A stretch of DNA of 64,000 nucleotides from Azolla caroliniana (taxonomy: Eukaryota; Plantae; Polypodiophyta): contig JBHGNT010000021.1 of the NCBI GenBank assembly GCA_043228905.1, positions 6,882,001 to 6,946,000 on the forward strand, read 5' to 3'. The position numbers and the translations under genes are program-made. This document shows, piece by piece, positions 12,401 through 27,160 of the stretch. The notes beneath the pieces are model-generated. The model was not told where the DNA came from and did no database searches. It saw only the letters and a list, made by a program, of their open reading frames with translations. Positions within the stretch are counted from its first letter, which is position 1. Every line of letters begins with the position of its first letter.

Positions 12401-15400
12401 ATGGTCCTACTGAATTAGTTACTTCAAGACGAAGACCTGTGCCTCTGAGTTGGCACTTCTCGACTCGCTTTTTATTATCGCCCTTGCTGAATGAGGAAGG
12501 CACAGAGATGAATAGGTGAATTCTGTATTCTTCTTGGTTGAAGTTCTACCATTTATTCTGTTGTAAAATGCACATGCATATTACACCTTCAGCTATAAAG
12601 AAGGGTTGCAGAAGGAGGTCTGATGATCCTAAATTCTTGTTCAGAATGGCTTGGTTTGACTAAATCCAGTATTTCCGAAATTCTCATTATGGGATCTGGA
12701 AGAATTGGAATCTCATGTCTGTTTTTTTTCTGTTATGGCATTGCTTAGGAGCAGGTAGTAAATTTTCTTTTTCTACATCTGCCAAGCACAATTCATACAG
12801 AATGTAACAGAATAGACTGAGAAGCATTGGATCAAATTCCTCACTTTGTGAAATCTATTTTACAAGCCAATTAAATTCTCTACTCTTGTGTAATATAGAA
12901 CACAAAATCTTAAATGGACAGTTATGAATAAGAAGAAGCTCTTGTTTTATTGCTTACGCTATAGCTTTGGAGTGACTTTCTAACAGTATGTTGGTATTAT
13001 ATTATAGGAGATTGTCCCTGGCTCATTATCTACCTGATGAAGGCAGGAGAAGTGCAAATGTATACAGCTCACATGTGGATAACATTACAGACCAAAAGAG
13101 TGGCCAAAAGAGTAAGCAAAACAAGAGTCGTCAGCCGAGGACAGGAGAAATAGTGAAATCTCATATCTTATCTGATGATGAAGTACAATTTCTACGACGT
13201 AGGCAGGTTAGAAAGTCACGTCTACATGTTTTTTCTGCTTGTGACAGTGGACATTTTATACTCATATCATAGCATTTACAGCGCTGTCAAACTTTTGTTG
13301 TGCATTTTTCAGCTGAGATCATATTCTAGTTCTAACAAACTGGGAAAGATAGCACTTAATTATTTGTCTTAATGGGGATCCTAGAAATTTCTAAAAAGGA
13401 AACATACTAGGCTAAAGAAAGGGTCAAAGCGAAATAAAAAGAAATGTTATATTAACATCTTCGAAAGGCTATAAATGTGACTCTTATAAATAATGCAAAA
13501 TTGATATGTCCCTAAACTAGGTAGCTTTTGAACAAACTAGGCTGTGATCAAAAGTACAATGATATAGGAATCATGGGCACAAGTAATGTGTAGGATACAC
13601 TGTATAAAATAAATGGATGTATGTCTATGAAGTTGAAGACTGGATTGGATCTGCCCAGCTTTCATTGGATGATGCTATACATCAATGTCCATCTTATATG
13701 AACATACATCCATAATATGAGTTGTGTTGTGTCATAGGGCAGCTGCAAACTTCATCCCATCAATTAGAGATTGACGTAAGCAGATATACACGAATACCTC
13801 TAGAAGAAAGAATATGCTAATTGTGTCATCAAGCAGTGGAATCAGAAGAACACTAGATTTGTTACTGTAGTGTCTTTTATGAAATCAGAGGAGATACCAT
13901 TGACTCTTTAAACAAAGCTTTGTCCTGTTACACAAGGTAATGGAATATGAGGAACAACGGTTCATAGGACTTTCCTTGCTAGAACTCAAGAGACATAGGG
14001 AAAAGTTGTTGAAGGACAAAAGTACAGCCACACAAGTTCATCCACAAAGAACAATCACAACTTTCTTTAGCCCCATCACTCCTAATGCTACGAGTCAATC
14101 AAGGGCTACACAAATGGGCTCCCGACCAGGACATAACAAAGGGGTTACAATAAATCGAGCAATAGCAATTGTGCACATAGGCCCTGGCCCCATGGATCAT
14201 GATCTTACCACCCTCGTCATCGACAAGTAAAGGCCATTATCTCTCACCATTGCAGGTGCTTCCCGTGTTTCAGAGACCTCACCATTCTGGATTGACCTAT
14301 GCTAGAGATCTTTCAAAGACAAATGTTATAATATTAACTTGCGAATCTTACATGTGCCGAAAACCAAATTCCTTGGTCTCTTTTTATCTTATTTACTTAG
14401 TAATATTTATTTTATTTTGATTTGTTGTTCTCAAAGACAAGACAGCACTTAAGATGTAATCTCTTGTTTGGTTTTATGGGCCATTTTGGCCTCTTAAAAG
14501 ACATTAATATATCTTTTCTTCACCCTCATATGCAGATATAAGTAAATTTGTAATTGTGATGGCTAAATATGCATTCAGAACAGTAGTTTGACAAGTTGTT
14601 TCAATATATTAAATTTACATTGACATTATCATTTATTCAATGTGATTTGAAGGTTCCTCGAATAGAAGAAACATTGAAGCAACTGAAATACAGAGGAATG
14701 TTACCAGCTATTTGGTTTATTTTCAGCCGTAAAGGTTGTGATACTGCCATTCATTATGTGAAAGATATCCAATTGTTATCGGATGCTGAACAACAAGAAG
14801 TTTACGAAGCCTTGGCTATTTTTAGGAAACAGCATTCTGATGCTGTGAGAGAACCATCAGTATCATCTTTGTTATGTGGGTTTGCTTCACACCATGCTGG
14901 TTGCCTTCCACTATGGAAATCATTCATTGAAGAGCTTTTTCAAAAAGGTTTGATCAAAGTTGTGTTCGCAACAGAAACCCTAGCTGCAGGCATCAACATG
15001 CCCGCTCGTACGACTGTTCTTTCATCACTAAGTAAAAGAGGAGACACTGGTCATGCACTTCTCAGTTCAAATGCAATGCTGCAGATGGCTGGTAGAGCAG
15101 GACGAAGGGGGTTAGATGAGCATGGTCATGTTGTATTGGTTCAAACACCATTTGAAGGAGCAGAAGATGCATGCAGATTGCTCTTTGCTGGTCCAGATCC
15201 TCTTGTTTCTCAGTTTTCAGCATCTTATGGCATGGTCCTTAATCTTTTATCGGTAAGTATGTTTCTTTTCCGTTCTTGTAAAGTCAATATGGAATCATTC
15301 ATAAATTAGATGATTGCAAAGATTCTTGTCTTTTGCTCAATAAATGGAGACGTGTTTTCACCAATTCCCCAATTTCCTTATTCCAGGTCACCCTTCCAAT

Positions 15401-18400
15401 AAGGTTTTCCGTTTGCATGTGAAAGTGCGAATAAATTAACATGGCCCAAACATTCTCCCTCCCTCTCACATGGTACATGCCCATGTGAGTTGACCTTTTA
15501 TTACTACACACAAGATCAACTACAATCAACCGGTTACAATTTTGAAAGGCCCAAGATCAGCATGGATTGGTAGGTGCACTTCATCTATGTCCATGACACC
15601 TTGGTGTCAGTTTTCGCACAATCTTTGATAGAGTTAAAGGTTTCCCTACTAGCGGGATAGAACATACCATTGTATCGATCTTGAAGAACGGAGATCTTCT
15701 CATACCCAGAGCACAATCCTACACATATCTAGGACTAAGATTCATAGGGCGGTGATTATCCCTATGGGCGGCTGTTTGTGCTTGACTTTCTCATGGACAT
15801 ACAACTCTTAGAGTCCTTCTTGAAAGACAATGTACCCATATACAGTTCATATCCAGTTCTAACAACCATGAACAAAATTTTGGTCTATTGATATAGTTAC
15901 AACATCACCGCTTCTCAATGTAATTTCTTAATATCTGGTTATTCTCTCTGATCCTCTGGGTTTTCTGCAATAGCCATGTCTATTTGCGTTTTCTGCAATA
16001 GCCCTGTCTATCTGCGTGTTCTACAATATCTGATCCTCTGCATTGAACAATAGCCATGTCTATTTTCGTTTTCTGCAAAATATGATGTTGGCATAAAAGG
16101 TTGACTCTGTCCACTTTGTATCCTTAGTGTGAACACACTCTCTAGCTAGGGCTTGAGTATATAAGCTCAAGCCTAACGTTGTAAAGATAGTCCTGGAGAG
16201 AAAAGAGTTACAGAGAAGAATAAGAGAGAACTTCCATTGAAGCTTAATCTTTGTCTATCGTCTATCTTTCTTCCTCTTCTTCTTGTTGCATATCTGTGTT
16301 GTTTGCTGTACACATTTTACCTTGCAGGTCCTTACACACTCTTTCGCATTCATCTGATATATCAAACCAACAAGTGGTATCAGAGTGACCTCGCTGACAA
16401 GTGGCAATGAAAAGCAGAAAAGACTGAGAAGAGAAGCTATCCGGCTGAAAGAAAAGACCTCGCTAGCAAAATCTACTTTCCAAAAAATGGTGACACAGTC
16501 CGCGACAAATATGGAAATCCAGAAGTTCGATGGGAAGAATTTCGCCCTATGGAAAGAGATGATGCAGGATGACAACACAACAAACTAGCCTCGATGACAA
16601 CAGAAGAATGGCGTTCACTGGACGAGATAGCCAGGTCGACCATTCAAATACGTCTGGCTGAGAATGTCTATTTCAGCATGGCCAAGGAGACAATAACATT
16701 CTCTTTGTGGGAAAAGTTACAGGCTGTGTACGAGAAAAAGTCCTCTTCAAAGTTGATACTGATCTAACAGTTATTCAACATGAAGATGAAAGAGACAGAT
16801 CCAACAACCTCCTACATCAACACTTTCTGTTGGGTATTGTCTGAACTCTCCTCCCAAGGGATCAACTTCGAAGAAGAAGTTAAAGCCCTTGCCCTCGTTT
16901 CGAGCTTGCCGGCAAGCTGGGAGGTATTTTGCACGACATTCGCCAACAGCTACCGAAGCTGAACTTGGACGAAACAATCGGCCAAGTCCTCACTGAGGAC
17001 ATTCGGTGAAAATCGGTGGGACTCACCATCGATGAATCTGCAGAAGCCCACTACTCGACTGAGTCGATTGGATGAACCGGCCAATCGAGCGAACAAGCCG
17101 AAAGAACCAGTCGGAACACTAGTCAACCGAGGAGGGAAGACCAACACGGTCGAAGTCGAGGAATAGTCGATCAAGTGATTTCTGCACTCTCTGCAGAAAG
17201 ACTGGTCACAAAGTTTCCGACTGAGCGTCCATAAAGAGAAAGGAGAATGGTCGGCGATTCAATCAGACACAAGGACAATCCGATTTGAACCGTTCTCCAA
17301 CCGGCAACCAAATCAATGTTGCTGAATCCCAATCGGGAGAAATCCTCTCCCTAGAGGAATCATCGACCAGTGAAGTTCTCTACAGTGCACAAGACGCACG
17401 GACGTGGCTGTTGGACTCCTGCGCCACATTTCATGTAACCCCCAGTATCGAATGGTTTTCGAACTATTCTACCGGAGCCAGCGGCACTATCTAACTGGGA
17501 AATGGGCAGGAGTGCGCAATAGTAGGGATCGGAGAGGTCCTTATCCAATTGCCAAATGACAATACCACCACCCTGCACCAAGTCTGGCATGTACCCGCAC
17601 TGAAGAGGAGTCTGGTCTCCATTGGCATGTTAGCCGAAGCCGGGTACAAAATGACACTCAATGATTCATCATGGACGATCAGCTAAGGAAATCTGAAAAT
17701 CAAGAATGGATACAAGTACAATAACTTGTACCCACTGATGACGATCAATCCAGAAGGGGTTGTGAACGTAGCCGAATCACAGGACTCAAACCTATGGCAT
17801 GGCCGACTAGGCCATATGGCTCAAGCTGGACTAGACCGGTTAATGGTGATTGGTTACATCCCGAAGCTCCAGACAAAGATAGAGTTTTGCGAGCATTGTC
17901 GTTACGGGAAACGGACCCGAAGTCTGCACTCTCTCCACTACGAGACGGTACGACATCCCCTAGAACTGGTCCACATAGATATATGTGGACCGATGCCTAA
18001 AAGGTCAATAGGTAGCTCCCGGTACTTCATCACATTCGTAGACGATAGTACTCGGAAAGTTTGGACCTATTCAATTAGGTCGAAAGACGAAGCGCTCGAG
18101 GTCTTCAACCAATGGTTAGCTGAAGTGGAGAACCGATCAGGATACAGAGTGAAGACACTCTGATCCGACAATGGAGGCGAATATACCTCCCGAGCCTTCA
18201 AACAATACGTGTCTGACAAAGGGATCCAGCACCAAAAGACCGTTCTTTACACACCCATGCAGACTGGCGTGGCGGAACGGATCAACCGAACGATCCAAGA
18301 GAGGGTGACGGCAATGCTCTAGCAATCCGGACTAAAGCTAGAATTCTGGTCCGAGGCATTGCAGACGACAGTATATGTGATAAATCTGTCACCGTCGAGA

Positions 18401-21400
18401 GCAATATGGCTTGAAGTGCCACAGGCACTACGGTTCAGCAAAACGCTGACCTACAACAGGCTTCGTATATTCAGATGCGAAGCCTACGCCTTCATACCAA
18501 GGGACAAAAGGACCAAGTTGGCATCCCATGCACTTAAGTGTATATTTCTCGGTTATGGAACTGATGGGGATTTCGGCTATCGGCTAGATCCAGAGAACCG
18601 GAAATTAATCCGGAGTAGTGACGTTGTCTTCAATGAAGACTTGATTCTCTCTTAACAGAACCAACCGAAAACGGTCGGCAAAAAGGTTTCCTTCGAAATT
18701 AACAAAGATGTCGTAGAAGGACTGGCCCACTAGGCAGAATCGGAAATTTGACAAATAGTCGAAATCAACAAATCGGCAAGAGGCCCGCTAGTCGAAATTG
18801 ATTCGACTATGAGATTGACAAGAGGTGAAAGAGAGAGAGTCGAAATGAACAAATCACCCAAACAGACCAAGGCACCAACCCCAATCAATCCCGAAGAAGG
18901 GAAGGATGATTTGACATCGCCGAAATCCTATTGCAGGGGTGAGTCATCCAAAAGGACAGCTAATGATGGTTCAACTAATGCCGACTGAAGGATCTGAACC
19001 AATCAACTCGGCACTCAGGAGATCCGGACGAGTTCGAAGGCCAACAAAGTTCTACCAACCGAGCCTCGACTACGTTAATTACATGTACGCAGGCGAACCG
19101 AGCTCTTACGAGGAAGCTTTAGCTGCGCCAAATACCAACACATGGCTACAGGCCATGAGATCCGAGATGGACTCGATCCATCAGAATCAAACATGGGAGC
19201 TGGTCGAACTACCAGCCAGAAGGAAGCCGCTATCTTGCAAAGGGGTCTTCAGATACAAATATGTATATGATTCAGAGAAGCTCAAATACAAAGCTCAGCT
19301 CGTCGCAAAGGGATTCAAACAAGAACATGGGGTCGACTACGACCAGATATTCTCGATAGTAGTCAAGATGACACCCGTCAACTCCTATTAGGGGTCGTGG
19401 CGACCGAAGACCTAGAGCTCAAGCAGCTGGACGTCAAGACGGGATTCCTACACGGAGACTTAGAAGAAGACATCTATATGTCTCATTCGGCAGGCTTCAC
19501 GGCGACGGGGGAGAAAGGTCACCTCCTATGTCGATTGAAGAAAAGCCTTTATGGCTTAAAACAAGCGCAAAGGATGTGGTATCAGAAACGTGATACCTAT
19601 ATTCGGTAGCTCGGCTACCGCTGGTCCGACTCCGACCCATGTATGTATATTTGGCAATTGGCCGACGAGTCCAGGATCTATTTGATCCTATATACCGACG
19701 ACATGCTCATTGTAGGGAGCAATCGAGCAAAGATCGGAGAACTAAAGCAGAGCCTTCACGACAAATTTACAGTGAAGGAACTCGGACAAGCCCGACGCAT
19801 ACTGGGCATGAGGATCAATCGAAATCGGACGACAAAGACTCCCAATCCGACTACATTCAAATGGTGCTGAAGCACTTTAACATGGAGAATGCAAAGCCAA
19901 CATCAACTCCGCTTCTAACATCGATCCGACTAGCGGACAGAGACTCTCCTTTGACAAATGAGGAGAGAAAGCTCAATGGAAAACCCTACACATCGGCCGT
20001 AGGAAGTGTCATGTACGTGATGGTGGCGACCTGACCCGACCTTGCATATGCCGTAGGGGTCAGGTCGTCAGCCGGTACATGTCAAACCCAGAACGGAAGC
20101 ATTGGGAGGCCGTCAAGCACATCTTTAGGTATCTGAGAGGAACCAAGGATGCAGAGCTGATTTTCAGATCAGCCAATCCAACCGAAGTCGAAGGCTATAC
20201 CGATTCCGACTACGCTAGAAATACGGATAATCGAAAGTCGACATCAGGCTGTCTTTTCACCTATGGTGGCGGCACCATATCATGAAGGTCAAAGTTTCAA
20301 GAGTGCACGGCCTTGTCTACCACAAAGGCTGAGTACATAGCAGCATCGGAAGCCATCTCGCTGCACCGACTATCAGCCGACTTCTCGGCGACAAGACGAA
20401 TTGACCATCCAACGTTGACCATCTATTGCGACTCTCAGGGCGCAATACACCTCATTTGGAATCTAGTCTATCATGCAAAGATGAAACACATTGAGGTGCG
20501 GTTTCATCATTCCGGGAGCTTGTAACAGACAAGAAGCTCGAAGTCCGGAAGATTGACACCGAGGTAAATATTGTTGATTGCCTGACGAAGCCACTCCCAG
20601 AACAAAGATTCGGAGCACTAAGGACAATGATGGGACTATGACAAGCGATCGAGCAGAAGAAAGCTGAAACATGAGCAGAAGGTAAGTCGAAGACCAGCCC
20701 GATCAAATGAGCCGAAAAGGCAAAGTCCATAGAATCGGAATGCCAAGAGGCAGCACTGAGCAAGGATACCGCTGGAGAAGAGACAAACGAGGGGCAAACG
20801 AACCTGAAGACAGATCGAGGATCCAGTGGGGAGCACAAGAGCAAGCACGAGTGGAAAGCAAATGATCGACCAAAGGCCGAGAATCAGAATCGGACACAAG
20901 CCAGTTCGAATGAACAAGCCGATTCAGACGAAATTTGATCCAAATCAGTCAATTCAACCGACTCAAACAAGCCAATCTGGACGACATACGATTCGGATGA
21001 CTAGCCAAATCAGGCTAGATCTTGACCTTACCCCCTTTCCCACACAACATTACAGTTGTGTGTACACTACCCTACGGACATTTTAGAATAACCCTCATGA
21101 TACTTTTGAACATCACACCAAAAGATTGCCACATGCCAACATGAGTTCATAAAGGAGGCCACAGTGGAATCATTTAAGAGAATTAGGAACTGTAGATAAA
21201 GTTCAACCATTGTTAGCAGAATTTTACGTCCTTTTGATGTCTACATGGGCAGTTATTATATTGCAAAGGATCATAAAAAGATATTGGATCTCTAGCATAT
21301 GAATGTACTCTTATGTTCGAAGGATGTTCCATAGTACCATTGTTAAAATTTGGAGAGTCTTAAAGTTGTTTCTCTCTATGTATTTGTCTTTCAAGTTTCT

Positions 21401-24168
21401 CTTTGTCGATTGCTCTACGTATTTAGATATGTATTGATAAGTTACGTCCACTGTTATTTATTGACCAAGAAATACCACCAAGATCATTTTAAGAAAACAC
21501 ATTTATAATTCTGCTTTGTTTACAATGAGACATGGAAAGTCAATTGATTTCAACATTTCATTGAGTGATAGATGAGATGAAAGTGCCATCAGAAACTGGC
21601 TCTTTTCTTCCTTAATTAGTTTGTGGAGCATGCAAATTCTTTCTATAATCACCGTGGTTCATATTTTTTAAATATCATGCTTGGGTGAAGAGTACTGATC
21701 GACAAAATGGTTGGGTTCACAGAGCATGAAATCACCTGATGGAAAGCTGCTCAGGAAAGGGAGAACATTAGAAGAGGCACGGGCTTTGATTGAACAAAGT
21801 TTTGGTAATTATGTTGGCAAGGAAGTGAAAGTGGAATCATTGGAGGAAATCGCCAGGCTTGATGCTAAAATTGCACAACTGCAAAGTGAAGAAATTGCAG
21901 ATATTCAGAGTTTTCTTTCTGATAAGGAAATTGAAGATTTCATGGTGTTAAAAGAAAGGAAGAAGGTATCTCTTTTTCAACATTGGAATGTTACTTAAAT
22001 CTTAAAAATCTTGAGCTTACAAATAATGGAAGTATTTGCTTTATTTCTAGGTAGAGAAGAACCTTATGAAAGAACTGCAGTATCAATCTGAACAAAAGAA
22101 ACTGTTACTACTGCAACCACTTCTTGTGGACGCTCTTTGTCGGAAAGATTATCTGCCTCTGAGCATATCATATTTTGATACCCTTACTGGAAACGAGACT
22201 GTAGTATCAGTTGTATGCATAAGTGTCCTCACAAATTCATCCTTCTTGATCCAAGAAGCATCGGTATGTCTTCTTTGATATATGTTCCTCTTAAAAGTGG
22301 AATGAGAAAATAAACATTCTAAATTCCTGGACATTTAGGGGGTTTCTTGCTGCAGGATAACATTCACATGTCAGCATTTATTCAGATAAAGGATAGTATT
22401 GATGTAGAGGTTTACAGATAATTGGCTATATATGAGTATTTAGAATCATTAGTAGGATTATTTTGTTAAGAATTTAAAATGTTATTCAACATCATATATG
22501 GCAGATGGACTCCAAACTACATGAAGATGAAGATGGTGCATCTGATTTGTCTTTAAAGCTGTCAACATTTTCTAGTGATGATGGAAAACAATTGAATGAG
22601 GACATTCCTTTATTTCTAGGACTTGGATCCGACAATTTCTGGTATGCATTTAGTGCTGTAACTGTCCACAACATGTTTCAGGCTGAAATGAGTGATGCTT
22701 TCAAGAAGAGTGTCCAAACCATTCTCACAGATAAATTTCCAAAAGAATCTGATCCATGGGAGATGGTGGGGAAGTCTGGAAAAAGTAAATTGACACAGAT
22801 ATGGTCTTTGAATGGTTCTTTGGATACACTGTCTTGGAGTAAGAATGTGCCAATTGATGCTAGAAATAAAAGTACATTGGTAAGAATGCATTTTCTGTAA
22901 AACATTATATATTTATTATCAATTCTCGTACCTCAAGCTTCACAAAAACAAAATTAAAACTTTTGAATAGATGCCTGAAGATGTTACCAAAGCAATAAAA
23001 GTCTATAGAGAACAGCGCATAAAGCTTCGACAAATCAAGAAGGAGATGAAGGCAACAAAAGCAAGCAGAGAGTACTGGCATATTGCAGGACAGAAGAAAT
23101 TACGAGATGCAAAGATAGTTCAACTAAAGCAAAAGAAGTCAAAGCTAGAAGCAAGAATTAATGAAATGCAGCCAACAGGATGGCAAGAATTTCTACAGGT
23201 ACTGTAAATAATTTTATGGTATGCATTCTTATGTCCTTTTATTATCTCATCATAATAACTGGCATATATCTTTGTCTACACAGTAAACCTCTTTGTCAAC
23301 TGTGATCGCATGATCTTTCTGACAGCATTGTACTTTTACAGGTTGTGAAGGTTCTTGAAGAAGTAGAGGCAATTATGCCTCAGACCCATGAGATGTTGCC
23401 ACTTGGAAATGTTGCTGCATCTGTACGGGGAGTGAATGAACTATGGCTGGCATTGGCTTTCACAGGATCCAATTTCAAGGAACTGAATCCTGCTCAGCTT
23501 GCTTCTGTATGTGCGACTTTTGTTTCAGAAGGTGTTAAGATTCGATCTCAAATGGGGATGAGGTATCCTTTGATTTAACAATAATTGATCTGTTGCATAT
23601 ATATACATATTATATTTATCCCCTTTTGATATATACAGTGATATATACCGACCTTCACCTGTGGCTCAAAATACAATTGATGCACTGAGAGAAAGACAAT
23701 CATGGCTACATGATGTGCAACATAAGCATGGAGTGAAAGTAAGCACTTATGGAGTTGTATATGGGTTTGCTGGTTTCCCAGTGGAAAAGATTCATAGCAA
23801 CCACTATTGAATCATGTGTATGTTACAGATCCCTTGTGAATTGGATGATCGATTAGCTGGTTTGGTGGAGGCTTGGGCTTCTGGAGTAACATGGCAAGAG
23901 TTGCTGGGTTGTAAATTGGATGAAGGTGATCTTGCTCGATTGTTGAGACGCACAATCGATCTTCTTGCACAGGTTTGTTATTCACTGTGAACTATAGTAT
24001 ATTAGTTATTACATCCTGTGTTATTTTCAGTCTTCAGTATGATTCTAAGAGAGCTTACCCATTTCATAGGTACCATCATTACCGAATATGGACCGATTGC
24101 TTCAAAGGACAGCTATGTCAGCTGCAGATGTTATGGATAGGAGCCCAATAAGTGACCTCATAACATAA
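9438..24168 (+). CDS. ISE2: Chloroplast Ski2-like DExH-box RNA helicase ISE2/DExH15, 16 exons, ~1247 aa
   Basis: Exons: 9438-10154, 11458-11633, 11709-11822, 12002-12110, 12195-12281, 12397-12515, 13008-13206, 14653-15252, 21723-21965, 22051-22263, 22505-22879, 22971-23198, 23342-23562, 23639-23738, 23829-23972, 24070-24168. All introns are GT-AG and phases are consistent (3744 nt). Motifs: [48 protein letters not shown] and the DSHCT-type [18 protein letters not shown]. The N-terminus is Ser-rich and transit-peptide-like. Confidence 0.93.
9681..9985 (+). repeat. Coding (GAA)n microsatellites giving poly-Glu tracts in ISE2 exon 1
   Basis: (GAA)10 at 9681-9710 and a ~20-unit run from ~9858, in frame. 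Confidence 0.95.
10748..11065 (+). repeat. Degenerate ~45-bp minisatellite in ISE2 intron 1
   Basis: About seven copies of the core AATGAAGGCTAGAG(A/G)T at roughly 10748, 10792, 10829, 10873, 10918, 10968 and 11042. Confidence 0.7.
15948..16080 (+). repeat. ~28-bp tandem repeat
   Basis: Repeated TTTTCTGCAATAGCCATGTCTATTTGCG variants directly upstream of the Copia LTR. Confidence 0.75.
16086..21020 (+). mobile_element. Ty1/Copia retrotransposon in ISE2 intron 8, decayed, no 3' LTR
   Basis: 5' LTR 16086-16372 (TGTTGG...CCAACA) and PBS TGGTATCAGAG at 16375. Gag ([11 protein letters not shown]), protease ([10 protein letters not shown]), LWHGRLGH, integrase, RT ([17 protein letters not shown]) and RNase H (MKHIEVRFH). 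No second LTR copy; the right boundary is approximate. Confidence 0.92.
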
Positions 24169-24724
24169 TCTTTAGTCAAATAATAAATTATAATATAATT
24201 GCTATTACATTTTAACACAGCTAAAATCCCAGTCTGTGTTTCCATATTAATTGTTATAGCTGGGCACACCCTATTTTGTGTACTATGGCATTTGTGTTTC
24301 ATTCATTCTTTGTGTAATAATTCAAAATCTGGAAGCTGTAAAAAGACATTCAGATCTCCTGGGTTGTGATGATTATTTAATAAAGCTGTAGTATCGAAAT
24401 CATATGCGTGGAATCTGGAGCTCTCAGATTATGTGTAGTATCATTTACTGGATCTGTACAAGCTTAATGAGAAATTAAAACAGATTCAAATTCCTCTGAA
24501 TAAATTAATGACAATCTCTCAGCAGTGTGACGCTGAACTGAATTGGTTGCAAGCATTTACTTAGAAAGTCATCCTGAACCACATGAAGATGAAGATAATG
24601 CCTATCATTTAGTCTTCATGAAACCTACTCAATTTTCTTTATCATCAACTTCAGCCCAAACAATATAACGACATCCTCAAAGATCCGTGCTCAATCTCTT
24701 GTACACTTGTATTAAGGAGTTGTA

Positions 24725-24945
24725 AAAAGGGGGGAGCAATATAATGCATTGGTCCTGATGAGTTTCTTTGCCAAAGTAAATATAATTCAGTAACAATTGT
24801 AGAGTTGAATCAAGGTCAATATATAATGCATTAGTATTTAGTAGAGCATTGTCAAAGGGGGAGGAACAACCTAATGCATTGGCCCTGAAGGATTGCGGTG
24901 CCATAGTAAATGTAATGCAGTAACATTTGTAGGGTTGAGTCAAGG
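24725..24945. repeat. Diverged ~130-bp tandem duplication
   Basis: AAAGGGGG..TAATGCATTGG.CCTGA..AGTAAAT.TAAT.CAGTAACA.TTGTAG.GTTGA.TCAAGG occurs at ~24725 and ~24854. Confidence 0.75.
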
Positions 24946-25086
24946 ACGATCAAAGAAGTTAATACAGCTAAGATTGACCCTGGCAAACGCAGGAGGCAGT
25001 TAGTGTATGATAAAGCCTTATTTAAGTCATGAAATATTCTTTTCACCACTCAATTGGTTTCAGATTACCATAAGATGGGTTTGGTC

Positions 25087-25447
25087 CATAGTTGTTAAAA
25101 AATGCGTATTCTACGTTTAGAATATGCTTTAGAATACTTTGAAGTATTCTACACATATTCTACTTTTTAGGTCTGCCGTTTTTAAAATTTTGATGTATTC
25201 TACAGATTCTATATATTTAACAAGTATTTATCATTTCAAAAAAGTTTTAAAAAAAACAATTTTAATTTGAAAAAAAAACTTTGAATTTTAAGAAGTATTT
25301 AACGTATTTTCCAAGTATTCTAAGTATTTAACAATATGTAACGTATTTTATCTATAAAATATGTATTCTAAATCTTTTTTTTAAAAAGGTAGAATACTTA
25401 GCATACGTATTCTACACGTATTTAATGTTACGTATTCTACAACAATG
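25087..25447. mobile_element. Non-autonomous hAT-like MITE
   Basis: Termini CATAGTTGT...ACAACAATG. Flanking 8-mers GTTTGGTC and GTTGCGTC match at 6/8 and are read as a decayed 8-bp TSD. The interior is built of GTATTCTA/CGTATT repeats. Confidence 0.75.
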
Positions 25448-27160
25448 GTTGCGTCTAGATCTGGTGCACGTGTGGTTGTTTGAAAGCAACTGTTTGAATC
25501 TAATCAGTAGATTACCTTTATGTTAAAATCATTTTCAAACATTTTGGGTTTCTCTTCCAGGTTGAGCTTGAAGTAACAAAGCACAACAGTCAAGATTTCA
25601 ATCGCAAACTTTGTAGGGAAGTATGACGATGAGCAAGCTTGAAGAATTGATGGCCACCACTTCAAATAATTTGGCAGGCATCTTCGTGGATCCCACATCA
25701 GACATTTGTTACCTATACAGCTCTCCATTTAGGATTTTCTAGAACTCTACCCTTGCCTCATCCTAGTCTTGAATCACCTCACATTTTTTATAGTTTTGCT
25801 AATTTATCCTTACTTTCCAGTGTCTTTTTGTGTGGTTTTGGTCTGTTAAACCACATGTACATGCTACCTCATTGGTTAGTTTTGATGTATGAAATCTTTG
25901 TTTCTTCTTTCATCCTACCCAACATCATGGTTGTGGAAATTGCCTGAATGATATTAACCACAATGGTCGGTACTCGTAAATGGAGGAGGGCTCAAAAATG
26001 TGACCCTAATCTGCAATTTGATAAGTTCCTTGTCAGTGGTAGAGGACAACTTGAGTGCACTGAGAAACAAAGTTAAACTTACTAGTGAGTTGTGAAACTG
26101 TGTTATCTTCTCTTGAGACAATCTTATGTTGTAGTCTCAATTCCTTGTGCATTTGCATGCGTTGCGCACATGTATCACTTATAAACTTACAAAGCTAACA
26201 TAATCACGTTCTTTTGTCCACACCCCTATCTCTTGTCTGTTAGTGGAAATGGTTTTGGTGTGTTGAGGTGGTTAAATTATTTCTTTATTTGATGGTATAC
26301 AAATTTGCACAATGGCCACTAACATGCGATATCAAAGTTTAATATAAAATAGTTGAATGAAGAAGCCATCATGAGAGCATCCTTTGAAATGATAGGGAAC
26401 GAATGACTATCAAGACATGCACTTACCTTAACAAAAAAGGGTCACCCTGTATGAATAAAAGAAACGTATTTGGTATCATTTCAACATGCAAGAAAAGGTT
26501 TCAGTTATATTATACATCTTTTGACTAAAAATCATATGATACCTGTGTAGGTATGAATAGGCATAGACATGGACTACAAGAGATGCTTCTTGGGCTACAT
26601 AGCCAGTAAGTTTCACTAGAAGTTTATTTTCTAGTATTGAACGTCCTTGGTTCATTCATTAAACTATAACTGAATTCTCTCTCATACAAATCAACTTCAA
26701 CTTAATCCCCTTCTAGTGCAGTTTAACCCACTTTTATAACACAATTTTTTGTATTATTACCGTTATTTTAGAGCTCAACTCTTGGTGACTAATTTTTGTA
26801 CATTCATAAATCAATTTTCCACATTTTTTCCATTCATTTATACAATGTACAGATCATAAATATGTCCTTTCTTTTGCCTTCAGTTTTTCTTTTAGTAGAG
26901 TGGCAAATTGATTATTGTAAGTTTTTCACTTTAGATAATATTGAGGGTTCCCACTTCAATATATATTCAATTGAAAGCAGAATATTCTCTTAAGCTTGAT
27001 AAATTACAATACAGCAACATCTATCGTAAACTTAAATAGATTTGTATCTTACTGCAAAACATTAAAGATTAAGGAATAAACCAGACATTCTTTTCTTTAG
27101 CCTAGCTGCCTATTGAAAAAACGCATATGATAGTATAAGAACAAAATTCATTCTTGGGAT

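Noticed and set aside
25690-25701. ATCCCACATCA resembling the plant snRNA upstream sequence element
   Set aside because: No TATA box at the expected spacing and no snRNA-like sequence downstream.
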